Positions 38,814 through 47,051 of a stretch of DNA of 64,000 bases are shown here, piece after piece. Position numbers and translations under genes: made by a program. The notes below the pieces were generated by a model, which was not told the DNA's origin, did no database searches, and was given only the letters and a program-made list of their open reading frames with translations. The stretch's first letter is position 1. Each line of letters opens with the position of its first letter. The stretch is taken from assembly GCA_938008535.1 (NCBI GenBank), contig CALLKF010000155.1, positions 10,885 through 74,884 of the forward strand. The letters are read 5' to 3'. This DNA comes from an uncultured Saprospirales bacterium. Its GTDB lineage: Bacteria > Bacteroidota > Bacteroidia > Chitinophagales > JADIYW01.

Positions 38814-39716
38814 ATGAAGAAAAAAATTTATATAGCAGGTTGCGGTGGCATGTTAGGTGAAGGTTTTTATAAAATCTTTAAAGATGAATTTGAGTTGAAA
38901 TGTACCGATAAAGATGTAAACGAAGATTGGTTAACATTTTTAGATTTTAGAGATTTTGACGCCTATAAAAATGATGTGTTTGATTTTAAACCAGATTATT
39001 TATTTCATTTAGGTGCGCATACATCATTAGAATATTGCGATACCAATCAAGATGATGCATATCTCACAAATACAATTGCTGTAGAAAATGCTGTACACAT
39101 TTCCAATGCCTTGAATATACCAATGTTATACATTTCAACAGCAGGAATCTTTGATGGCACGCAAGATGTGTTTGATGATTGGGACAAACCAAATCCACTT
39201 GGACATTATGCTCGTAGCAAATGGGCTGGCGAAGTGTATGTTCAACAAAATAAAACACAACATTTAATTTGTCGTGCTGGCTGGATGATGGGTGCCGGTC
39301 CGAAAAAAGACAAAAAATTCATCCAAAAATTAATGCAACAATTAAAAGATGGGAAAAAAGAATTATTTATTGTAAATGATAAATTAGGAACGCCAACTCT
39401 TACGTATGATTTTGCACGAAACGTAAAATTACTTTTGCAAACCGAAGTTTGGGGTTTGTATAATATGGTTTGTGGTGGCATCACAGGTAGATTTGAAGTA
39501 GCTGAAGAATTGGTAAAACTAGTAGGAAAAGCAGACGAAATTAAAATCACGGCTGTAGATTCTGATTACTGGAAAAAAGAATATTTCTCACAACGACCAC
39601 CAAGTGAACGACTAATCAATAAAAAATTGGACTTGCGTAATTTAAACATTATGCGCGATTGGAAAATTTGTTTGAAAGAATATGTAGATGAATATTATCA
39701 AGGATATTTAGATTAA
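38814..39716 (+). CDS. SDR sugar-nucleotide reductase/epimerase (RmlD substrate-binding family-like)
   Basis: IYIAGCGGMLG glycine-rich start; YARSKWAGE (YxxxK); 300 aa. Confidence 0.7.
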   Translation: MKKKIYIAGCGGMLGEGFYKIFKDEFELKCTDKDVNEDWLTFLDFRDFDAYKNDVFDFKPDYLFHLGAHTSLEYCDTNQDDAYLTNTIAVENAVHISNALNIPMLYISTAGIFDGTQDVFDDWDKPNPLGHYARSKWAGEVYVQQNKTQHLICRAGWMMGAGPKKDKKFIQKLMQQLKDGKKELFIVNDKLGTPTLTYDFARNVKLLLQTEVWGLYNMVCGGITGRFEVAEELVKLVGKADEIKITAVDSDYWKKEYFSQRPPSERLINKKLDLRNLNIMRDWKICLKEYVDEYYQGYLD

Positions 39717-39723
39717 TACTGAT

Positions 39724-40164
39724 TTGATTTCGTTTAATTTTAACTCCATTAAAAAACCAACATTTTTTAAATCGATTCCTTTGAAATCGTGGCTAAAAAA
39801 AATAGCTCAAAATGAAAAATTTGAAATTAGTGAATTGAACTATGTTTTTTTTACAGATGAAGAGTTGCTAAAAATCAACATAGAATATTTAAACCACGAC
39901 ACTTATACAGACATTATCACTTTTGATAATTCAAGTGCAAATGGAAAAATAGAAAGCGATATTTTTATTTCGCTAGAACGTGTGGAAGCCAATGCAAAAA
40001 AATTCAATACTACTTTAGAAAATGAGCTACATCGTGTGATGGCGCATGGTTTATTGCATTTGTGTGGTTACAAAGACAAGAAAAAAAATGACATTGAAAT
40101 CATGCGCAAAAAAGAAGAAGCATGTTTGATATTGTGGAATCATCTAATAGACATTCAATCATAA
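39724..40164 (+). CDS. ybeY: rRNA maturation endoribonuclease YbeY
   Basis: Zinc-binding HRVMAHGLLHLCGYKD motif; 146 aa. TTG start according to the ORF track. Confidence 0.85.
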   Translation: MISFNFNSIKKPTFFKSIPLKSWLKKIAQNEKFEISELNYVFFTDEELLKINIEYLNHDTYTDIITFDNSSANGKIESDIFISLERVEANAKKFNTTLENELHRVMAHGLLHLCGYKDKKKNDIEIMRKKEEACLILWNHLIDIQS

Positions 40165-40185
40165 AAATCTGTGATAAACAGCGTT

Positions 40186-40314
40186 CTATTTTTCTGCTTC
40201 GTTTTTTAATAGTAAATCTTCTTTTACCTTTTTATCTACTTTGTCTCTCTTCTTCTTGTCTAAAAAGTCAAGAACATAACCAAATAAAACGAACACAATA
40301 ACTACGTAAACCAT
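40186..40314 (-). CDS. Possible 42-aa small membrane protein (one TM segment plus a Lys/Asp-rich tail)
   Basis: My own translation: MVYVVIVFVLFGYVLDFLDKKKRDKVDKKVKEDLLLKNEAEK. It falls below the ORF-track size cut-off, and there is no conservation evidence. Confidence 0.25.
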   Translation of the reverse strand: MVYVVIVFVLFGYVLDFLDKKKRDKVDKKVKEDLLLKNEAEK

Positions 40315-40404
40315 ACAATATTTTTATTTAATTAAGATGCTGTTTCGATATTTGCATGAAATAATAAATCATTTCAATCATAATAATCGGTGTTAATCAG
40401 CGAA

Positions 40405-40653
40405 CTATTTTTCTCTGCTAAAAGATGTTTTTTCAATTTCGTCGCTACTTATATAATCATTGGTGTTTTCATCTTTCATAATCGTATCGCGCTGCCATTC
40501 TTCCACCATTAATTTTTCATCTTCTTTCAAAATAGAAATATTCAACAATTGTTTCATGAATGTTTCAAATGCTTCAACTTTATCATCTGGTATATTTACA
40601 GTAAATTTTTTCATGGAAATCTTATTATAAAATAAATTTAAAAAATTATCCAA
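40405..40653 (-). CDS. Small acidic hypothetical protein co-oriented with the upstream epimerase
   Basis: 82-aa ORF. The alternative start at 40614 (MKKFTVNIPDDK) is more likely. No motif recognised. Confidence 0.45.
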   Translation of the reverse strand: MDNFLNLFYNKISMKKFTVNIPDDKVEAFETFMKQLLNISILKEDEKLMVEEWQRDTIMKDENTNDYISSDEIEKTSFSREK

Positions 40654-41632
40654 ATATCTGTTTGAAATATTCTATCGTTAATGGCAAACCTTGCTCAAAT
40701 GAATATTGCGGTAGATAACCTAATAATTGCTGTGCTTTTGAAATATCTGCTAACGAATCTCTGATGTCACCATCACGAGGTTCACGATGTATCGCTTTTA
40801 TATCTTTTTGCAAATACGCACAAATTGCATCATACATTTGATTGATAGTAAAACGTTGTCCAAATGCGATATTATATGCTTGGTTACATGCAGCAGCATT
40901 GTCTGTAGTCAACGCTAAAACATTTGCTTGCACTGCATTATGCACAAATGTAAAATCGCGTGATTGTTCACCATCGCCATTAATACAAGGAGCTTCGTTG
41001 TTCAGCAACGCTTTAATAAACAAAGGCATCACGGCTGCATACACACCGTTCGGATCTTGTTTCGGTCCGAAAATATTAAAATAACGCAAGCCAATTAATT
41101 CCAAATTATAACATCTTGTAAACACATTCGCGTACACTTCGTTCGTAAATTTTGTTACTGCATACGGCGACAATGGATTACCTATGCGTTCTTCTTTTTT
41201 CGGCAAGTTTGGTTCATCACCATAAACTGAAGAAGATGACGCATACACAAATCGTTTGATGCCTGCATCTTTCGCAGCCGTCAGCATGTTGACGAAACCA
41301 CCAACATTTACATCGTTTGACGTAATTGGATCTTTGATAGAACGCGGCACCGAACCGATGGCTGCTTGATGACAAACAGCATCAATTTCTTTACATGCAT
41401 TATTACAATCATCTACATTGCGTAAATCACCTTCAAAAAATGCAAAATTTGGATTCGTTTTAAACGCACTTAAATTCTCAATATTTCCTGTTGCTAAATT
41501 ATCGAACACACGAACTTTCGCGCCGTGCTGTAATAAATATTCCGTGATGTTAGAGCCAATAAAACCAGCGCCACCTGTAACCAAGAAACGTTTGTTTTCA
41601 ATCGAATTTTTATGAAATGATTTTGTATACAT
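40646..41632 (-). CDS. Extended-SDR UDP-sugar 4-epimerase (WbpP/TviC/Cap-like)
   Basis: FLVTGGAGFIGSN, YAVTKFTNE (YxxxK), DNLATGNIENL; 328 aa. Confidence 0.82.
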   Translation of the reverse strand: MYTKSFHKNSIENKRFLVTGGAGFIGSNITEYLLQHGAKVRVFDNLATGNIENLSAFKTNPNFAFFEGDLRNVDDCNNACKEIDAVCHQAAIGSVPRSIKDPITSNDVNVGGFVNMLTAAKDAGIKRFVYASSSSVYGDEPNLPKKEERIGNPLSPYAVTKFTNEVYANVFTRCYNLELIGLRYFNIFGPKQDPNGVYAAVMPLFIKALLNNEAPCINGDGEQSRDFTFVHNAVQANVLALTTDNAAACNQAYNIAFGQRFTINQMYDAICAYLQKDIKAIHREPRDGDIRDSLADISKAQQLLGYLPQYSFEQGLPLTIEYFKQIFG

Positions 41633-41672
41633 GCAGTGATTATTGATTGTTAGACAAATAAAATAAGACGTG

Positions 41673-41680
41673 CAAATTTA
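41673..41680 (-). promoter_or_regulatory. Candidate -7 box (TAAATTTG on the minus strand)
   Basis: CAAATTTA on the plus strand, about 40 nt upstream of the minus-strand ATG at 41632. Confidence 0.3.
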
Positions 41681-41703
41681 CGGTTTCTAAATTGATTGTA
41701 CAA

Positions 41704-42267
41704 TTAAAATCCAAGCAACTCTACTATTTCAGCATATTCGTCAACAAAACTCAAACCTGCCTTTTCTTCTTTTTTACAAGTAATTTGAATGCCAAATGGA
41801 TTTAAACTTTCTATAATTTGCAAAATAGTTGATTTGGTAAAATCAGTTTCGAGAAATACTTTGTTGCTTGAAATAAAATTTCTTAATGCAGCATTTTCAA
41901 TATTTAATTCATTTATTTTTATTACAAAATAATCCGATGGCGAATGACCAATGTCTAATGACAAATCATCAACTACCAAAAATTTTTCAAAACTAAATTC
42001 ATTTTTTTGTGGATGCGAAAACGGAATCTGAATTTCATTCAACTGCATTTCTTCAGCGATGAATTGTATTTCTTCTTTTGTCTGATGCAAGCCGAATTCA
42101 CCAACAATTACTGGTTCATGCAGCCAATTGGCAATTTCTTTTGCTTTTGCAATACTGATATTATTTTCATTCAACACATCGAAACAAAAACCTAAATAGT
42201 TTGCTCCAATTGCACTAAAATAACGTGCATCGGTAAGATTGGTGATAGAAGATATTTTAAGCTGCAT
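41704..42267 (-). CDS. TrpF (phosphoribosylanthranilate isomerase)-like protein lacking the usual N-terminal catalytic Cys
   Basis: KISSITNLTDARYFSAIGANYLGFCF parallels the TrpF K(I/V)CG(I/L)T..DA.....GAD..GF.F pattern, but has SS in place of CG. Confidence 0.45.
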   Translation of the reverse strand: MQLKISSITNLTDARYFSAIGANYLGFCFDVLNENNISIAKAKEIANWLHEPVIVGEFGLHQTKEEIQFIAEEMQLNEIQIPFSHPQKNEFSFEKFLVVDDLSLDIGHSPSDYFVIKINELNIENAALRNFISSNKVFLETDFTKSTILQIIESLNPFGIQITCKKEEKAGLSFVDEYAEIVELLGF

Positions 42268-42336
42268 TATTTAATTTGAAAATGAGTTAATTTGAAAATG
42301 CAATTCTGTAATTATACAATTTATTAATTCTATAAT

Positions 42337-43374
42337 TTACTTAGCTCGATACTTTATAAAATAATGCGCTTCGATAGAAAAAATTAATAATAAAAATGCG
42401 CCAATTTGGTGACAAACGCCAAGCATAATTGGAATGTGTCCTTTGCTAAATAGTAATGTTAAAACACCTAATAAAACTTGCATGCAAACCATAATTAGCA
42501 AAAACCAACGCGTGCGATGAAATTGAAATTGTGCAGCAACATTTTTAGTTTTTAAAAACAAGATGATAACGTAGAAAAATATAAAGTATGCTACATTTCT
42601 ATGCAAAAATTGGAACAATAATTTGGTCGAAAATTCATACAAGTCTGAATTGGAAAAATCAATTTCTGTTGGATAATAATGTCCGTTCATCAACGGAAAA
42701 GTAGTACAAATTAAAGCAGCTTTTGAACCTGCAACCAAAGCTCCTAATCCAATTTGAATAAAAACTAACACAATTAAAAACGAGAAAAATTTTCTGTTAG
42801 TTTGATCAAAAGGTTTTACTTCTTTTGGATATAAATACTCTAAACCAACACGCAAAACATATCCAACAATTAGTGTTGCAACCAAAATATGCGACATCAA
42901 ATTTACTGGATTTACCAAAACTGTATTTTCTTTCAAACCACTTTTCACCATAATCCAGCCAACGGTTCCAGCAACTGCACCAAGCGCAACAGCAACCAAA
43001 ATTTTTACAATATCATCTTTGTTTACTATCTTTTTATAAATAAAATAAATCAACGGAATCAACGCAGCAAAACCAATTAATCGAGCCCACAAACGATGAA
43101 ACCATTCCCAAAAAAATATCCACTTAAACTGCGTTAAAGTCATCATTGTATTGACCAATTTAAATTGTCCAAATTGCTGATATTTTATAAAAGCTAAGTT
43201 CCAATCTTGCCCATTCATAGGTGGCAAAAAACCTAAAATGGCTTTCCATTCAGTAATCGATAAACCGCTGCCAGTTAAGCGTGTAACACCACCTAAAATA
43301 ATTTGTCCAAGCAGCATGCCAACGCCAATCATGTACCAAATACCAAGAATTTTTTTTCGTTTAAGTTCGTCCAT
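42337..43374 (-). CDS. ctaA: COX15/CtaA family heme A synthase
   Basis: 345 aa, 8 hydrophobic segments, GGVTRLTGSGLSITEWK N-terminal motif, conserved His-containing helices. Confidence 0.78.
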   Translation of the reverse strand: MDELKRKKILGIWYMIGVGMLLGQIILGGVTRLTGSGLSITEWKAILGFLPPMNGQDWNLAFIKYQQFGQFKLVNTMMTLTQFKWIFFWEWFHRLWARLIGFAALIPLIYFIYKKIVNKDDIVKILVAVALGAVAGTVGWIMVKSGLKENTVLVNPVNLMSHILVATLIVGYVLRVGLEYLYPKEVKPFDQTNRKFFSFLIVLVFIQIGLGALVAGSKAALICTTFPLMNGHYYPTEIDFSNSDLYEFSTKLLFQFLHRNVAYFIFFYVIILFLKTKNVAAQFQFHRTRWFLLIMVCMQVLLGVLTLLFSKGHIPIMLGVCHQIGAFLLLIFSIEAHYFIKYRAK

Positions 43375-43375
43375 T

Positions 43376-44347
43376 TTATTTGTTTATCGTCGATGCAATT
43401 TTAGCAATCGTTTCTTCAAAATCTATAAAATTAAAATTGAGTTGTTGTTTTATTTTTTCGTTTGAATAACTAAATTTTTCCAACGATACTTTTAGGTTTT
43501 CTTTCGTTAAACCACGTTTTTTTTTCGTAAACTTTGATAGCACCCAATCTATAGTTACAAACAATTTTCCAGTGGTTTTGTTGAGTGCTCTTTTAGGTGG
43601 TTCAACGTGCGTTGCTTTGGCAATTTTTTCAAAATAATCTTTGAAAGAAATATTGTTGTTAATCAAAATAAACCGTTCTGTTGAAACATCACTATTCATC
43701 AATAAAATAGATGCTTTTGCCACATCTTCCACATCAATAAAACCATTTGTACCTGTTGTATAAAACGGCATTTTTTTAGTAGCAATTCGTTTAAATAATT
43801 GTATTAAACTTTTGTGCTCATCATTGCCAACGCCAATAATAATTCCTGGATTTACAATCACAGCATCTAAACCTTCAGCAATACCGCGATAGATTTCGCG
43901 TTCAGCTAGCATTTTTGTTATACCGTAATGAGTTGTCCATTCGTTTTTTTCCCATTTTGTATTTTCATCAATCACTTCATTAGGTTTGCCACCAATTGCA
44001 GCAATAGAACTGATGTGCAAAATCTTTTTTACGTTTTTTGTTAACGCAACATTTACCACATTTGCTGTGCCTTCAATATTGGTTTTATACATCGCATTAT
44101 AGTACGATTCATCATATCCAATCACCGCAGCCGAATGATAAATTTTTTCGATACCTTCAAAAGCAATTTCTAAAGAAGGAACATCTAAAATATCTGCTTC
44201 AACTACATCGAGTTGGTGAATGATAGAATTGAGATGTGAGATTTGAGAAGATTTACGAACTATAATTCTTACAGATTCGCCATTTGCCACGAGTTGTTTC
44301 ACCAATTCGCCACCTAAAAAACCAGAAGCACCTGTTACCAAAACCAT
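43376..44347 (-). CDS. NAD-dependent epimerase/dehydratase family SDR (dihydroflavonol reductase-like)
   Basis: VLVTGASGFLGGE; YGITKMLAE (YxxxK). Confidence 0.8.
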   Translation of the reverse strand: MVLVTGASGFLGGELVKQLVANGESVRIIVRKSSQISHLNSIIHQLDVVEADILDVPSLEIAFEGIEKIYHSAAVIGYDESYYNAMYKTNIEGTANVVNVALTKNVKKILHISSIAAIGGKPNEVIDENTKWEKNEWTTHYGITKMLAEREIYRGIAEGLDAVIVNPGIIIGVGNDEHKSLIQLFKRIATKKMPFYTTGTNGFIDVEDVAKASILLMNSDVSTERFILINNNISFKDYFEKIAKATHVEPPKRALNKTTGKLFVTIDWVLSKFTKKKRGLTKENLKVSLEKFSYSNEKIKQQLNFNFIDFEETIAKIASTINK

Positions 44348-44410
44348 GTTGCAAAGGTAAAAGTTATAAGTTGTAAGTTATACGGTTTTATGTTGTAAAG
44401 ATGTTATAGA

Positions 44411-45499
44411 TTACGGCAAATAAACTGCGCCACCAACAACATCTTTTTTTGCGCCAGTTACAGAAGCTAAACAATTTGGAATTTCTAAAATGCGCAACAA
44501 GCCGATAAACGCCATCGCTAATGCTTCTTTGTTTTGAACAGTTAAAATATCAGGAATAACTACTTGTGCGTTAGAATGATGCTGAATTCTTTCAACTAAA
44601 AATGAATTGAATGCACCACCACCAGTTATTAGCATTTCAGATTCCAGATTTATGATTTGAGATTTGATTGCTTTTTCAACTTGCATTGCAATATGTTCAA
44701 CAGCAGTTGCCAGTTTATCTTCAACAGAAATTTCATATTTTTCAAACAAAGGAATCCAATCTGTAAAAATATGTTCGCTGCCTAATGATTTTGGTGCAGC
44801 TTGTTTACAAAAATCAATGTTATTTAATTCTTGTAAAAGCTGCTCATTTATTCTTCCGCTTCGTGCTAAATCACCATTCTTATCGTATTCCAATCCATTT
44901 TGTTTAGCAAAATAATTCAACAACGTATTCGCTGCACAAATATCATACGCAATAACACCTTCACTTTTATGAATTGCAATGTTTGCAATACCACCAATGT
45001 TTAAAAACACCTTGTAATCAGCAAATAAATATTTTTCAGCAACAGGAACTATTGGCGCGCCTTGACCGCAGTTGGCAACATCAGACGTACGCAGGTCGCA
45101 AACTACTTTAGTGTTTGTTTGTGCTGCAATTTGCGCACCACAGCCAATTTGTGTAGTAAAACCAAGATTCGGCTGATGAAAAATAGTTTGTCCATGCGAA
45201 CAGATAAAATCTAATTCGTCTATATTATTCTTTTGAATGAAATCATGAGTCAGTTTACCAAAGTATTTTCCAACTTCTCTGTGAAGCTTTGCAAATTCAA
45301 ACGCTGTTAAGTTGTATGCATTGCGCAATCGTTCTCTGAATTCATTATTATACTCAATACAATCTGCATATATAATTTCATACTCAAAATTCAAATCATG
45401 TTTAGTAAACTGAACATAACAAATATCCAAACCATCTAAGGAACTACCACTCATTAATCCAATTGCATGAAAAATATTCTTGTGTAACATAAATTGCAA
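44411..45499 (-). CDS. anmK: Anhydro-N-acetylmuramic acid kinase
   Basis: IGLMSGSSLDGLD N-terminal motif and a 362-aa length typical of AnmK. Confidence 0.88.
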   Translation of the reverse strand: MQFMLHKNIFHAIGLMSGSSLDGLDICYVQFTKHDLNFEYEIIYADCIEYNNEFRERLRNAYNLTAFEFAKLHREVGKYFGKLTHDFIQKNNIDELDFICSHGQTIFHQPNLGFTTQIGCGAQIAAQTNTKVVCDLRTSDVANCGQGAPIVPVAEKYLFADYKVFLNIGGIANIAIHKSEGVIAYDICAANTLLNYFAKQNGLEYDKNGDLARSGRINEQLLQELNNIDFCKQAAPKSLGSEHIFTDWIPLFEKYEISVEDKLATAVEHIAMQVEKAIKSQIINLESEMLITGGGAFNSFLVERIQHHSNAQVVIPDILTVQNKEALAMAFIGLLRILEIPNCLASVTGAKKDVVGGAVYLP

Positions 45500-46355
45500 A
45501 AAAATCGAACTACAAAGTGTAAATTTACAACAATTCTATTTAAGAATATTATTGGAAATCATCGGTTACATATTAGCGCTTTTTATCGGCATATCACTTG
45601 GATTAATTGGCAGTGGTGGCACTATCTTAGCTGTGCCTATTTTGGTGTATTTATTTAAAATAACCAATATGCAAGAAGCAACACATTATTCTATGTTCAT
45701 CGTTGGAACAACAGCATTTATTGGTGCTTTCAAAAAATATCAGGAAAAATTAGTTGATTTTAAAACGGCTTTTTATTTTTTAATTCCATCTTTAATTAGT
45801 TTGTTTTTTACACGAAAAATAATTTTACCAATTATACCAAACGAGCTTTTTGCAGTTGGCAGTCTTCACTTTACCAAAGATATTTTTTTAATAGTATTGT
45901 TTGCAGTCATAATGTTGTTTGCATCGTTTTCAATGTTTAAAAGTGCGCAACAAGAAGATGTAGATTGCTTTGCAAAAATTCCAATGGCAAATGAAAATCA
46001 TTTAAAAACATCTGTAGCAGCAGTATTTGTTGGCTTTCTCACTGGTTTGTTAGGTGCTGGTGGTGGATTTTTAATTGTACCAGTTTTAATTTTATTAAAA
46101 AATCATTGCATGCGCCGCGCAACTGGCACTTCATTAATTATCATCACAGCAAATTCTTTATTCGGATTTTTAGGCGATTTGCACACACAAATAGATTGGC
46201 AATTGGTACTTATTTTTTCAGCCATTGCCATTGTTGGAATGCTAATTGGATTAAAACTTTCTGAAAAAATAGAAGGCGCTAAATTGAAAAAAACATTTGG
46301 TGTAATGGTTTTGCTAATGGGAATTTACATCATCATTAAAGAATTGTTTTTATGA
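45480..46355 (+). CDS. TauE/SafE family anion exporter membrane protein
   Basis: GISLGLIGSGGTILAVPILVY and a second LGAGGGFLIVPVL repeat. The true start is probably the in-frame TTG at 45552, since the track start overlaps anmK. Confidence 0.78.
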   Translation: MCNINCKKIELQSVNLQQFYLRILLEIIGYILALFIGISLGLIGSGGTILAVPILVYLFKITNMQEATHYSMFIVGTTAFIGAFKKYQEKLVDFKTAFYFLIPSLISLFFTRKIILPIIPNELFAVGSLHFTKDIFLIVLFAVIMLFASFSMFKSAQQEDVDCFAKIPMANENHLKTSVAAVFVGFLTGLLGAGGGFLIVPVLILLKNHCMRRATGTSLIIITANSLFGFLGDLHTQIDWQLVLIFSAIAIVGMLIGLKLSEKIEGAKLKKTFGVMVLLMGIYIIIKELFL

Positions 46356-46972
46356 GCGAATTAAAATGCAGCACAGCTGAAACACCAAAACAATTAGACA
46401 CTAAATTTTGGGATCAGCTTTGGAAAACAAAAGATACTGGTTGGGATTTGAAGCAGGTTTCACCGCCATTAAAAGTTTATTTTGATGCATTTACCTGCAA
46501 AAACAAATCTATTTTAATTCCTGGTTGTGGTAATGCTTACGAAGCAGAATATTTACTAAAGAATGGATTCAATAATATCACTGTCATCGATATTTCGCCA
46601 ACGCTTTGCAATCAAATTATAAAGAAATATAAAAAATTTGCAGGTAAGCAACTGACTGTTATCTGCGGTGACTTTTTTAAACATACTGGACAGTACGACT
46701 TCATAATAGAACAAACATTTTTCTGCGCATTAGAAAAAACGCGTCGTCAAGAATATGTAGAAAAAATGAAAACGCTTTTAAAACCTACCGGAATTTTGGC
46801 TGGTTTATTATTCAATAAAGAATTTGAAAAATCACCACCTTTTGGTGGCAGCTCTAAAGAATACAAGAAACTATTTTCTTCTCATTTTGAAATTTTACAA
46901 ATGAAAACAGCCAAAAACTCTATTGCTCCACGAGCTGGTTCAGAGTTATTTTTTGAGATGAAACCGCTATAA
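46352..46972 (+). CDS. TPMT-family SAM-dependent methyltransferase (thiol/halide/chalcogen methyltransferase-like)
   Basis: FWDQLWKTKDTGWDL N-terminus plus ILIPGCGNAYEA motif I. ATGA start/stop overlap with the TauE/SafE gene. Confidence 0.72.
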   Translation: MSELKCSTAETPKQLDTKFWDQLWKTKDTGWDLKQVSPPLKVYFDAFTCKNKSILIPGCGNAYEAEYLLKNGFNNITVIDISPTLCNQIIKKYKKFAGKQLTVICGDFFKHTGQYDFIIEQTFFCALEKTRRQEYVEKMKTLLKPTGILAGLLFNKEFEKSPPFGGSSKEYKKLFSSHFEILQMKTAKNSIAPRAGSELFFEMKPL

Positions 46973-47051
46973 ATGTTATTTAACCTAACCATGTCATAAA
47001 AGACAACCATTGTCTGTACAAGAATCTGCTTTTCGTTGTATTTTTGTTGTC

